DNA from: Mobula hypostoma
Lineage: Eukaryota
Assembly (NCBI RefSeq): GCF_963921235.1
Contig: NC_086097.1
Location: 132,434,001-132,498,000 of the forward strand
Direction: 5' to 3'
Length of the DNA: 64,000 nt
The notes under the pieces are model-generated. The model saw only the letters and a program-made list of their open reading frames with translations. It searched no databases and was not told the DNA's origin. Position 1 is the stretch's first letter; each line of letters starts with the position of its first letter. Positions 11,081-23,889 of this stretch are shown piece after piece. The translations under genes and the position numbers were made by a program.

Positions 11081-13489
11081 CTTACTCACCTGAGGATTCA
11101 GTCTAGTGAATCTTCACTGCACAATTTCCATGTCGTTTCCTTCAATAAGGAGACCAGAAGTACAGACAGGTGATGGGTAAACTTGTTATTACCTTCTCAT
11201 GGCCACGAGGGGTCATAGATTGTTGACCTCATGCCACATGAACTTAACCACCGGGTAGAATCTCTGCATTCTATAGTGCAAATTGACTCACAAATAGAGG
11301 GTTGGTGGGGACTCTAAATTGTGTTTTCTGTGGTTCTGAGACAAAGCAGTTGTTTTACTCTCAATCCAGCGCACGTTGAGTTAGTTGTTCTCACTGTAAT
11401 TGAATATATGAGTGTGGCAGTACTGTGGTTTTCACAAGAGAATAATCCAAAGAGCCAGATTATCTAGATATGTGAGTTTAAACTCAAGCTGGTGCTCAAG
11501 AAAATTTGAATTAAATGCGCAGAATTTAAAAAGTAAATGAGGGCTGCAAAACAAAGTTTCCTCTTGTTATTTAGAAAGGGCACACAGCTGTCTTTAAAAG
11601 CATTAAAGTGATAAAAACATAAATTCAAATGGAAGATCTTCTGAAGTGTTGACTGTTTCCTTTTCCACAGATGTTGCTTGACCTGCCGAGTGCTTCTAGA
11701 GATTCTGTTTAATTTCAGCTTTCCAGCATTTGCGGGTTTGTGTTTGATTTCCTATTGTTGGCTGTGTTTAACTGTTTGTATCTGTGTTTAACTGTGTTTA
11801 CCTCTATCTGATAAGATTGTGGCTGACTCCTGATACCCTTTGGAATAGACTGTGGGTTGCTCAAGTTAAAGGCAATTAGGGATGGGCAATAATTGTCTTT
11901 GCTGTATCTTATATATGAATAAAGAATAAATCCCGTTTGACATCATTAAAATGCTTTAGTTGGATGATGTTGGAAAATGAGATGCTTTTGCATAGACTTA
12001 TGATTTTTGGAATTAAATAAACTGCATGTTCCTTTCCATTAAATTTAAATTACTTTTATCTCTTGTGGTGCCTGAAAATTACTCTCACAAGATATTTAAT
12101 TGGATGGAGAGGTATTTGTTGTTTACTGTGTCAGATCCTTTCATCTGGTAGATTTTAAGGCACGGGCTTTATGATTCAAGGCAGTACTTGTGCTAAGAGT
12201 GTCCCATTTTATTGGCAACAACCATCCACTTGATCAGATCTTAGACAGTGGCTTTGTTAACTATTTTTGCGGTTCATCAGACATTCCACAATATGTCTAA
12301 CAAGCACAGAATCCTGGCCAACACACAGCCTAAAACCACTAAAATCTAAAAGGCTGCCCATTCGTCTGATTCTCTGCTCCTACAGCAACTCCAGGTGGGG
12401 CGTGGACAGGTCTTTAGCAGACATGATAACTCGCAGTAAAAATGGGAGTGGTTTATCTCAAAGGTTCCTCCAAAAGAGGCAAACATTTGCTTCAGACAAA
12501 CACTTTTATTCTTTTGTGTTTGGGTGAAATCCAGTTCTCTGTAACAAACGGGAAGCAATTTCCAGGAGCCTTGGCAAACACTGATACTTAATACAATGTT
12601 CGATTGATATCCAGCGTCTGTCATTCAATTACCTTCAGCTGCTGAGGATGAAATTTCACAAGAGACTCATCTGCTGAGATGTTTTACTGGTAGCTATTCA
12701 CCTACTGCAAGAGATTAAATAAATTGGAAGGAGCCTATGACAGTGCAAATTGTACAAGCTTTGTTGCAAGCAGAAGACCAAAGGGGATTTTCCAGGTCTA
12801 TACTTCATGACCTCAATAATAATTTTATGATGTTCAGTCCAGTTTACCTCATAAGTCTCCAAAATACCCATTGGGGCTGAGTGATGGTCAGAGAGAAGGG
12901 GTGCTTAAAGGAGAACAGGCAGCCACAATCATCCAGGATTTGTTTACAGTTTTAACTCTTACACTTCTTGCTGTCAGACAAAAAGACACAAAAGACTGTA
13001 GATGCTGGTATCTGGAGCAACAAACAACCTTCGAGAGGAGCTCACCAGGTCAAGCAGCACCTGAGGGGGGAAAACCAATTGGTGTTTCAGGTTGAAACCA
13101 GGCTGATGGGACTTGATTGTTCTATGGAGGTCATAGAAAATAAAAAGAGGGGAAATTGCTCGGTTTCCTTCTCAATTGTGCATCATCGTGTTCATTCCTG
13201 TTAAAAGGGGCCAAAGCTCATGTCATTGGCTGATCCTGCCCTTGATGCAAAACATGGCTGGCAACAGTGCCTTCATAGTAACTTGAGGTACACAGGCAAG
13301 CATCAGGGTTCTTGCTACGCTGTTGTGATGGTGCTCAAATCGTGCTGATGTTGATCAAATACTTTCTGTTATATGTCAGCCCAATTCCATTTCTTCTATT
13401 TCAGGAACTGGTGCAACAGTGTAAGCAGTATCAAACCATGCATATGGAATAATAGTAACTCAATCCCAAAGAAAACATAGGACTCATTC

Positions 13490-16400
13490 CCAAAGAAAAC
13501 AGAAGGACATAGACAGATTAGGAGAATGGGATAAGTGGCAGATGGAATACAATGTCAGGAAGTGTATGGTCATGCACTTTGGTAGAAGAATAAAAGAGTA
13601 GAGTAGCTCCTAAATTCAAAAATTCAAAAGTCTGAAGTGCAAAGGCACTTGGGAGTCCTTGTGCAGGATTCCTAAAGGTTAATTTGTAGATTGAGTTAGT
13701 GGTTAGGAAGGCAAATGTGATGTTAGTATTCATTTGAAGAGAACAAGACTATAAAAACAAGGATGCAAGGATGTTGAGGCTTTATAAAGGCCTCACTTGG
13801 AGTATTGTGAGCATTTTGGGTCCCTTATCTTAGAAAGGATGTGTTGACACTGGAGAGGGTTCAAATGAGGTTCAGAGAAATTATTCCAGGAGAGAATAGC
13901 TTTTCATATGAATATCATTTGATGGCTCTGGGCCAGTACTGGAATTCAGAACAATGAGGAGTGACCTAATTGAAACCTACCGAATATTGAAAGGGCTTGA
14001 TCACAAGATCACAAGACAAAGGAGCAGAAGTAGGCCATTCGGCCCATCGAGTCTGCTCCGCAGCTCCCCCATGAACTAAACTATTCACCCACTTCCTTCC
14101 AATTTCTGGCTTTTTCCCCACATCCCTTGATACCCTGACTAGATACCTGTCAATCTCCTCCTTAAACACCCTCAATGATCGGGCCTCCACAGCCATATGT
14201 GGCAATGAATTCCACAAATCCACGACCCTCTGGCTAAAAAAATTTCTCCTCATCTCTGTTTTAACTGGGTACCCTCTAATTCTAAGACTCTGGCCTCTTG
14301 TCCTGGACACACCCACCAAAGGAAACAACCTTTCCACATCTACTCTGTCCAACCCTTTCAACATTCGAAACATTTCTATGAGATCCCCTCTCATTCTTCT
14401 ATACTCTAATGGATACAATTCAAGAGCCGACAGACGCTCCTCATATGTTAGCCCCTGCATTCCAGGAATCATCCTCGTGAGTCTTCTCTGAACTCTTTCC
14501 AACATCAGTATATCCTTTCTAAGATAGGGGGCCCAAAACTGCACACAGTATTCCAAATGAGGTCTCAGTAATGCCCCATAGAGCCTCATCAACACCTCCT
14601 TACTCTTAAACACTATTCCTCTTGAAATGAATGCCAACATAGCATTCACTTTCCTTACCGCCAATCCAACTTGGTGGTTAACCTTTAGGGTATCCTGCAC
14701 GAGGACCCCCAAGTCCCTCTGCACTTCCGATTTTTGAATTTTCTCCCCATCTAAATGATAATCTGCTCGATTATTTCTTTTTCCGAAATGTACAACTGTA
14801 CATTTGTCAATGTTGTATGTCATCTGCCATTTCTTTGCCCACTCTCCTAAACTGACTAAGTCTCTCTACAACCTTTCCATTTCTTCAACATTTCCTGCTC
14901 CTCCACCTATCTTGGTGTCATCTGCAAACTTGGCCACAGAACCATTTAATCCATAATCCAAATCATTGATATACATCGTAAAAAGAAGCGGCCCCAACAC
15001 CGACCCCTGCGGAACACCGTGAGTAACCGGCAACCAATCAGAATAGGATCCCTCTATTCTCACCCTTTGCTTTCTGCCTATCAGCCAATGCTCCACCCAT
15101 TTCAATATCTTTCCTATAATTCCATGGGCTCTCATCTTATTAAGCAGCCTCTTATACGGCACCATATCGAAGGCCTTTTGAAAATCCAAATACACAACAT
15201 CCACAGCCTCTCCCTTGTCAATCGTATTCGAGATTACCTCAAAAAATTCCAATAAGTTGGTAAGGCAGGATCTTCCCTTCATGAAACCATACTGGCTTCG
15301 GCCTAGCTTGTCATGCACCTCGAGGTATTTCATAACCTCGTTCTTGAGGATTGACTCCAATATCTTTCCAACCACCGATGTCAGATTAATAGGTCTGTAA
15401 TTTTCATTTTGCTTCCTTCTTCCTTTCTTAACTAGCGGAACTACATTTGCGACCTTCCAGTCCTCCGGAACCATGCCAGAGTCTATTGATTCCTGGAAGA
15501 TCATTTCCAATGCTTCCACAACCTCCAAAGCCACCTCCTTCAGAACACTTGGGTGCACCTTATCTGGAGCGGGAGACTTATCTATTCTTAGTCCACTTAG
15601 CTTCCCAAGCACTTTCTCTCTAGTTATCTTGACTGTACCTAATTCTATTCCCTGATACCTCTGGCTATCAGGTATATTGCTCATGTCTTCTACTGTGAAG
15701 ACTGATGCAAAATACTCATTCAGTTCCTCCGCCATCTCTTTGTTATCCATTATAATTACTCCAGCATCATTTTCAATCGGTCCCATATCTACCCTTGTCA
15801 CTCTTTTACTCTTCATATATTTAAAAAAATTCTTAGTATCCTTTTTTATGTTAATCGCCAACTTCCTTTCATAATTCATCTTTTCTTTCCTCATGACTTT
15901 CTTAGTTTCTTTCTGTAAGTTTTTAAAGGTCTTCCAGTCCTCATTTTTCCCACTAATTTTTGCTTCCTTGTACGCCGTTTCTTTTGCTTTTATTTTTGCC
16001 TTAACCTCTCTCAATAGCCACATTTGTGCCATTTTTCCATTCATTTTCTTTTTTCTTGGAATATATTTTTCCTGCATTTTCCTTATTTCTTGTAGGAATT
16101 TCATCCAATTCTGCTCTGCCGTCCCTCCATTTATTTTACTTTTCCAATTGACTTGGGCCAGTTCCTCTCTCATACCACTGTAATTTCCCCTGTTCCACTG
16201 AAATATCGATACACCTGATACCAGCTTCTCCTTTTCAAATTTGAAACTGAACTCAATCATATTATGATCACTATTTCCAAGAGGTTCCTTTACCTCCAGC
16301 TCCCTAATCGCCTCAGGTTCGTTACACAGCAACCAATCCAAAACAGCCGGTTCCCTGGTGGGCTTCTGGACAAGCTGCTCCAAAAAGCCATCCTGTAGTC

Positions 16401-17295
16401 TTTCTACAAACTCCCTCTCCTGAGATCCATTACCTTCCTGACTTTCCCACTCCACTTTCATATTAAAATCCCCCATAATTATCTTGACATTGTCCTTCTG
16501 ACACGCTTTTTCTATTTCCAGCTGCAACTTGTAGTCCACATCCCGGCTGCTGTTTGGAGGCCTGTATATAACTGCTATTAGTGTCTTTTTACCCTTGCCA
16601 TTTCATAATTCTACCCATAAGGATTTTACCTCTTCTGATCCTATGTCCCTTCTTTCTATTGATTTGATATTGTTACTTACCATCAGGGCCACGCCACCCC
16701 CTTTACCTACCTTCCTATCCTTCCTGTACACTGTGTATCCTGGGATATTCAGCTCCCAATCACATCCATCATTTAGCCATGATTCGGTGATGGCCACAAT
16801 GTCATACCTTTTAACCTGCAGCTGTGCAGCAAGGTCATCCACTTTATTTCTAATGCTGCGTGCATTTAAGTACAGTACATTTAGATCGGTACCTGTTGCC
16901 ACTTGTGCCATATATCTATTTTGCAGCAAATTATCCTGTATATAATTTGATAGAGTGGATGCAGAGAGGATATTTCCTATGGTCGGAGAGTCTAGAATCC
17001 GAGAACACAACCTCAAAATAGAGGGGCGCCCTTTTAGAATGAAGATAAAGAGGAATTTCTTTAACCAGACAGTGGTGAATCTGCGGAATTTGTTACCACA
17101 GCTGGCTGTGGAGGCTAAGACTTTACATATATTTAAGGCAGAAGTTGATAGATTCTGGTCAGGGCATGAAAGGGATATGGGGACAAGGCGGGAGATTGGG
17201 CCATAGAGGGAAAATGGATCAGCCATGATGTAATGGTGGAGAAGACTTGATGGATCAAATGGCCTAATTTTGCTCACATATTTTATGGTCTTATA
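13490..17295 (+). mobile_element. Older decayed CR1 split by the 14002-16946 insertion
   Basis: RLGEW..WQMEYN..LKGLD ending at 14001 resumes as RVDAERIFPMVGESR at 16952; 3' tail near 17290. Confidence 0.85.
14002..16946 (-). mobile_element. CR1 LINE with near-complete ORF2 (APE endonuclease plus RT)
   Basis: LYLNARSIRNK, ITESWL, GDFN, SDHN endonuclease motifs and RT FADD; ORF segments share one frame, broken by stops at about 16603 and 14866; (GATCACAA)n tail; TTGAT at 13997-14001 and 16947-16951. Confidence 0.95.
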
Positions 17296-17849
17296 GCTCT
17301 GCAACAATCTCTGAATGTTTGTATGTTAAGGTAGCATCAACTTTGTCTTCAAAAGGTTGCAGTCCATTTCCATCCACCTTGAGAACGTGATATGTTGCCT
17401 GCAGTTGCATGGAGTTGAATTATAACCACATCATTGTGATGGTGGAGGCAGTGAGTGTTTCCTCCAAAATACCTAGCTGATTCCCTTCACTCACTGTGAC
17501 AATGAGGAGACCATTTTCACTGTACAGTCAATTACCTATACCCGCAAAATGTTGAAGAATGCTAGACTGAGGGATCTTTGTTAATGTCTTGAGTCTTTCA
17601 GACTTAGCGTCAGAATATATATGTTGATAGTAAGGTAAGATGCCACCATTAAGTTTTGAATCTTTGCATGCTGCTCCAATGGGAATCATCAAATATTGTC
17701 ATTTAGGACTACAACCGCAGAAATTCACTGTCACAGCCATGGTACATCACAGAACAGCATTAAAGTAAGACATTTTAAAAATCTATTGGTACTCAAAATC
17801 AGCAAACCTCAGATGGCAATCTTGGGTTGAGAGTGCAGTTCCCCTTTAA

Positions 17850-20045
17850 GAAAATAGATGCAGGAATGTCACACTGGTTTACAGGTAAGTTTGAAATGCA
17901 GAGACCTTAGACTTCCACTCCCAACTATCCTGCTAGCAAATGTAAGATGTCTGGAAAATAAAATTGAAGACCTCAGAGCAAGGTTGCTATATCAGAAGGA
18001 CAGAAGGCACTGCTGTGTACACTGCTCTATGTGGCTTACACTGGCAATTTCAGAAACAGCGCTACAGCCCGAGATCTTCACCATTCTCTTCAAAGACAGA
18101 CAGCTTGGTTGTTTAAAGACAAAGGAAGTGGAGTATGCCTTATGATTAACTCATCGTGATGCATAAATGTAGTGGTTCTGTCTCAGTCCTGCTCAACAGA
18201 CATGGTACATCCATTGGCCAAATGTTGTCCATTTTATCTGCCAAGGGCGTTTTCTGCCTGCATCCTGGTAGCAGTGTACATTCCACCTCAGGACAATGTT
18301 ATACAGGTACTGGAGAAGTTGAGCATTGTAATCAGCAAGCACGAAACTGCGCATCCTGATGACTTCCCTATCATTGTGGGAGATTTCAACCAGACCAACT
18401 TGAAGAAGTCTCTGAGCAACTATCATCAACATATCAGCTGTGGAACCCAAGGAGCTAATACATTTGACCACTGTTATACCACTATCAGGAGCACTTACTG
18501 TGCCATCCCATGTTCATATTTTGGAAAGCCCGATCACCTGGGTGCACTTCTACTCCCTGCATGTGTCAGAGACTAAAGACCGCAGCACCAGTGCTGAGGA
18601 CCATGCAGGCATGGTCAAGGGATGTGGAGGAGTGCTTACAAGATTACTTTGAATCAGTACACTGGATAATCTCCAGGCATTCATCTTTGAGTCCAAATGA
18701 ATGTGCCACAGTTGTCACCGACTTCATCATGACCTGTGTGGATGAGTGTGTGCCTTCGAGAGCATATCGACATACCCAGACCAAAAGCCATGGATGAACC
18801 ATGAGATTTGTAGCATGCTGAGGACTAGATCTGTGGAATTCAAGACAGGTGATCCAGAACCATTCAAGAGGCCCAGATATGACCTATAGAAGGCTATAAT
18901 GCTTGATTGATTAATTAATTTATTTAGAGATACAGCACGGAATAGGCCCTTCCGGCCCTTCAAGCTGCACTGTGCCAGCAACCCCTCACAGCCCCGACTT
19001 AACTCTAACCTAATCACAGGACAATATACAATGGCCAATTTACCTATCCAGTGCGCCTTTGGAGTATGGGAGGAAACCAAAGCACCCAGAGAAAATCCAC
19101 ACGTTCAGCAGGAGGACCTACAGAGACTCCTCACAGCATTTGCAGTCTCGCTGGCCCTCCACGCTGCCTTGAATCACATGAACAATAATAATATCTATGT
19201 CAGGCAGCTGCTTATTGACTACAGCTCAGCATACAAAGCAATGATACCCTCAGTATTAATCAACAAGCTCCATATCCTGAGCCGCTGTAATTGGATCCTT
19301 GATTTCCTCACTGGAGGCCACAGTCAGTGCAGATTGGAAATAATGTCTTCTCCTCGCTGGCAATCGACACTGGTGCAACTCAAGGCTGCATGCTTAGTGC
19401 ACTGCTCTATCTCCACACCAGCAATTGTGTGGCTAGGCACAGCTTAAACATCATCTATAAATTAGCCGACAACACAACTATTGTTGGAAGGATTTCAGAT
19501 GGTGATTAGGATGTGTGCAGGTGTGAGATAGGTCAGCTGGTTCATAGGTTCTTGCAGCAATAACATTGCACTCAACGTTAGTAAGACCAAGGAGTTGATT
19601 GTGGACTTCAGAACGGGGAAGTCAAGGGTACACACACCAGTCCTCATCGAGGGATCGGAAGTGGAAAGGGTGAGCACTTTCAAGTTCCTGGACGTCAGCA
19701 TCTCTGTGGATCTATCCTGGGCCCAACATATTGGTTGTTACAAAGAAGGCAGAACAGGAGCTATACTTCATTAGGAGTTCGAGGGGAGTTGGTATGTCAT
19801 GAAAGACACTCACAAATTTCTACAGAGGTACCATGGAGAGCATTCTAACTGGTTGCATCACCGTCTGGGATGAAGGGACTACCACACAGGATCAGAAACA
19901 GCTGCGGAAAGTTGCAAACTCAGCCAGCTCCACTGTGGGCACTAGCATTGATGAAATCCTGGACACCTTCAAAAGACAATGCCTGAGAAAAGCAGGTTCC
20001 ATCATTAATTGCCCCAATCACCCAGGGCATACCCTCTTCACATTT
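17850..20045 (+). mobile_element. Decayed, internally deleted Rex1/Babar LINE
   Basis: LPTILLANVRCLENK, AVYIPPQ, GDFNQ (endonuclease); DYSSA, TGATQGCMLS, KLADN (RT); MESILTGCITVW. Confidence 0.88.
18905..19135 (-). mobile_element. V-SINE inserted in the Rex1/Babar element
   Basis: TTTATTTAGAGATACAGCACGGAATAGGCCCTTCCGGCCC tail and V domain on the reverse strand. Confidence 0.8.
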
Positions 20046-20213
20046 CTCAGTTTTTCCCTCTCTTTTTGCTCTACGTATTTAATTACCTAAGTACTGGGTA
20101 GGTTGATTGGTCTTTGTAAATTGTCCTGTGATTAGGCTGACATTCAGTCAGGATTCTTTGAGAGTTGCTGGGCAGTGTGGCTCGAAAGGCTGAAAAGGCC
20201 TATTCCACACTGT

Positions 20214-20896
20214 ATTAGATTAGACTATGAGGACACACAGTCCTCTTTTATTGTCATTTAGTAATGCATGCATTAAGAAATGATACAATTTGTTCCTCCA
20301 GAATGATATCGCAGAAACACAAGACAAACCAAGACTCAAAAAAAACTGACAAAAAAAACATAATTATAACATATAGTTACAACAGTGCAAAGCAATACCA
20401 TAATTTGATGAAGAACAGACCATGGGCACGGTAAAAAAAAGTCTCAAAGTCTCTCAAAAGTCCCATCATCTCACGCAGACGATTGAAGGGAGAAACTCTT
20501 CCTGCCATGAGCTTCCAGCACCACAAACTTGCCGATGCAGCATCCCGGAAGCACCCGACCAGAGTCCGACTCTGAGTCCGTCTGAAAACTTCGAGCCCCA
20601 GACCAGCCCTCCGACACTGAGCACCGAGCACCACCTCTGTCGAGCGCTTTGACCCCGGCCCCGGCAACAGGCAATAGGCAAAGCTGAGGATTTGGGGCCT
20701 TCCCCTTCGGAGATTCTCGATCGCACAGTAGCAGCAGCAGCGAAGCAAGCATTTCAGAAGTTTCTCCAAATGTTCCTCCGTGCTTCTCGCATCCGTCTCC
20801 ATCAAATCAAGATTGTGCACGGCCCCTGTTTAACAAATACGATATCAATTCAGAGGGGCCGCGCGTGCTGCATCGCACCGCCATCTTCTCCTCCCC
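20214..20896 (-). mobile_element. Non-coding, non-autonomous retroelement (LINE-like 5' end joined to Rex-like 3' tail)
   Basis: Minus strand starts GGGAGGAGAAGATGGCGG, is CpG-rich, and ends ATGACAATAAAAGAGG..(TCTAA)n; splits a V-SINE tail (TGTAT|CTCTAAAT). Confidence 0.65.
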
Positions 20897-21914
20897 TCTC
20901 TAAATAAGTTGAAATAAAATAAAATAAAGTATACTTCTGCCACAAAAAACACACTTCACACTATATGCCCTTAATATTAAACCTGATTCTGATTCTAAAG
21001 TATTTCTGTCTGTCTCTTCCACAGCCAACTGCATATAAACCTGTGGTTTTTAAATTCATTGAAGAAATTTGGTTCTTTGGAGATGTCAATAGATCCTGGG
21101 ATATTGGCGAGGGATATTGTTCGTGTACTGCCTGAGTGAAAGTTATCATATAAGGTAATCACACCATCTTACTCTTTTATCTGCCTTTGTGTAGTTGCTT
21201 TTGGATTTGTGCATCTAAGTTTCTTTATCCAAGACTCTGCTTCTTTCCAATTTATTAAATTCTTCTTCCACTTAGGTCTTCAAGGAATAAATAACCATCT
21301 CAGGTCTGTATGAGACTTGTTTGACCCTAGGTTTTGTCGATGTATCATGTGTAAGAGTCTGCAAAGAGGAACTTGTTGTATCTATGCTAGCCACAAACAA
21401 ATCCTTCCAGTTATATTTTGCTCTCACAAACTAATCTTTACCCAACAGAATCATTCATCATAACCTACCACAATGTAACTTGATACTTAGGCCATTATAA
21501 CATGCTGTTGGATCCAATTGTTATTTTCTTTGCAGTTTAATAATTAATTGTCAGCTTGTATTTTAAGTAGTTCTTATATACATGTTTATTATGTTTCCTA
21601 GTGGTAATAGTATGTATATGCAGTAGTCCAGCGTATTACATTGGTATACTTCTGGAAAGCTCTGGAAGTCTCCCTTGGTGCTGCATTATTTGCATAAGGG
21701 ATCTTTCATTGGTTGATTTTTATCTGTCAATTTGAATGGAATTTTTCTTTATCTATGATATAAATATAGCTGACTGCAAGGTAGAGTCATGTTAATTATT
21801 AGTCTTTTTGTATATTTGCTTCTATCTCCCCTTGCTTAGCAGACCTCTATCACTGCCTATTTCAATTTTCCTTTGTTTTATCAACAATGCAAACAAAAAA
21901 CGATTGTGAAGCAA

Positions 21915-22512
21915 ACACGAAGAAATCTGCCTATGCTGGAATTTCAAGCAACACACACAAAAAAATGCTGGTGAACGCAACAGGCCAGGCAGCATCTCTA
22001 GGAAGAGGTACAGTCGATGTTTCGGCCCAAGACCCTTTGTCAGGACTAACTGAAAGAAGAGCTAGTAAGAGATTTGAAAGTGGGAGTGGGAGGGGGAGGG
22101 GGAGATCCGAGATGATAGGAGAAGACAGGAGAGGGAGGGATGGAGCTAAGAGCTGGAAAGTTGATTGGCAAAAGGGATATGAGGCTGGAGAAGGCAGAGG
22201 ATCATGGGACGGGAGGCCTAGGGAGAAAGAAAGGAGGAGGGGGAAGCCCAGACGATGGGCAAGGAGTCCCATCCCATGATCCTCTCCCTTCTCCAGCCTC
22301 ATATCCCTTTTGCCAATCAACTTTCGGAATCCCTCCCCCTCCTGCCTTCTCCTATCATTTCGGATATACCCCTTCCCCCTCCCACTTTCAAATCTCTTAC
22401 TATCTCTTCTTTCAGTTAGTCCTGATGAAGGGTCTCAGCCCGAAACATCGACTGTACCTCTTTCTATAGATACTGCCTGGCCTGCTGCATTCACCAGCAT
22501 TTTTTCTGTGTG
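21915..22512. mobile_element. Fold-back Penelope-like element remnant
   Basis: Inverted arms (about 21955-22110 vs 22350-22512); 15-bp TSD ACGATTGTGAAGCAA/ATGATTATGAAGCAA (21900-21914, 22513-22527). Confidence 0.85.
22418..22453 (+). ncRNA. Minimal hammerhead ribozyme motif (Penelope-associated, stem III mutated)
   Basis: AGTC-CTGATGA-A-GGG(TCTCAG)CCC-GAAA-CATC-GACT. Confidence 0.65.
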
Positions 22513-22583
22513 ATGATTATGAAGCAACAGGTTTTGTGCCTCTTCCAAAAGAACCTTGGATTAAAACATCAGAATCTAACAAT

Positions 22584-22601
22584 TGGCATAGTCAGCAGGA
22601 T
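22584..22601 (+). promoter_or_regulatory. Primer-binding site, tRNA-Ser
   Basis: TGGCATAGTCAGCAGGAT matches 16/18 of the complement of the vertebrate tRNA-Ser 3' end (TGGCGTAGTCGGCAGGAT); both mismatches are CpG decay; lies 2 nt after the LTR. Confidence 0.9.
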
Positions 22602-22799
22602 GATTGTGAAGTTTAAGGACTTAAAATAATCACAGAGAAGTGGAAAATTTTCAGCCTCTAAACAAAAGGGGTAAGGACTTCTGTTTCAATTTGGCTGAGA
22701 AAAACTTCATTCTGGCTTCAATACTTCGTCAAAATTAAGAGTGAGGAAACTACTGTGCTGCTATTTAAAAAAAAAACAGATCTGTAAAAATATCAGTTG

Positions 22800-23020
22800 C
22801 AATCCATTTCAGTTTCAGGATAATCAATTTTGATTGCACGGCAATCCATTTCGGTTGCAGGACAATGTATTTTGGTCACATGGCAATCTATTTCGGTTGG
22901 ACAGCAATCCATTTGGTACCTAGTAAAATTATTATGGTTGCGCAATCTACTCACTTACAATCTATTTCGTTTGCAGGACAATCTATTTTGGTTGCAGGAC
23001 AATCTATTCATTTGAAGGAC
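22800..23020 (+). repeat. 21-bp minisatellite in the ERV leader
   Basis: Consensus CAATCTATTTCGGTTGCAGGA; units start at 22800, 22821, 22842, 22863, 22884, 22905, then 22958, 22979, 23000. Confidence 0.85.
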
Positions 23021-23639
23021 AGCTTATTCCTTTGCAATCTATTAATATTTTGTCATGGTCAAAGTAATGAGAAGTACATACAAATTAAGAACAAACCAAA
23101 ACAATGGTTAAATTTGTGAGAGCTACTAAGAGCTCTTACCTGAATAAAACATCTCAGTTTGATTAAATTAACTAAAAGGTCTGTACAAAATATACCAACA
23201 ATGTTAAATTTATTAAGAATACAAAGGAATGTGATAAGAGAATGCCTGAGGGAGAGGAAAAACCTGGAATCTCAGCATTAAAGATAAGGCATAGTCGGTT
23301 TGATTGTACATGTGAATGAACGAAGAAGTTAACAGAGTGAGTAAAAGCTTTTACTAATTGATTGTGAAAGAAACACGAAACTTGCGATAAACTACTAAAA
23401 CAGCAAGATTGAGATAGTAAAAAGTCTAAAGAGCAAATCTCTGCACTAACTGAACAAGCAGAAAAATAACACTAATTGAATTGAAGTGCATTGTACGGAG
23501 CTCAGAAGCAAACTGAAACAATATGGAGAAACTGAACAGGGATGTCAATGGGATGGTCCTGCTAGTGAACTATCTGGTGACACTGCCAGTAACATTACTT
23601 CTGAAGCTCCACATTGGAAAATACCCCTGACATTGAACA

Positions 23640-23795
23640 GACCCCAGAAACAATGGCACCTTCTGAACTCTGAGGAATTACCACCCACGTTAGACGTTCT
23701 CCCAAGACAGCGACACCATCTGAACTCCAAAGAATTACAGCCTATGTTGGACCGTGCACTGAGACAGTAGCACCATTTGAATGCTGAGGAATGGA
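23640..23795 (+). repeat. 57-bp tandem repeat (about 3 units) in the ERV gag region
   Basis: CACC(A/T)T(C/T)TGAA anchor at 23657, 23714 and 23771 (period 57). Confidence 0.75.
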
Positions 23796-23889
23796 CTCTA
23801 CAGCACACCCTAGTGACTCAAGTGAGGACGACAGTGATGAAACAATAAGATTGACAGCTATGTTACAGTTTGCTCCAATGAAGGCCAAG

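Larger units (their letters stand above)
21506..22581 (+). repeat. ERV 5' LTR interrupted by a Penelope insertion
   Basis: TG start, TATAAA 21759-21764, ends ATCTAACA; 21865-21914 plus 22528-22581 align with 26530-26639. Confidence 0.85.

Noticed and set aside
13405..13420. 16-nt microexon (TTTCAG|..|GTAAGC)
   Set aside because: Not a multiple of 3 and no supporting neighbouring exons; cannot be supported from sequence alone.
22800..23020. CRISPR-like array
   Set aside because: Units are contiguous with no unique spacers, there are no cas genes, and the context is eukaryotic.
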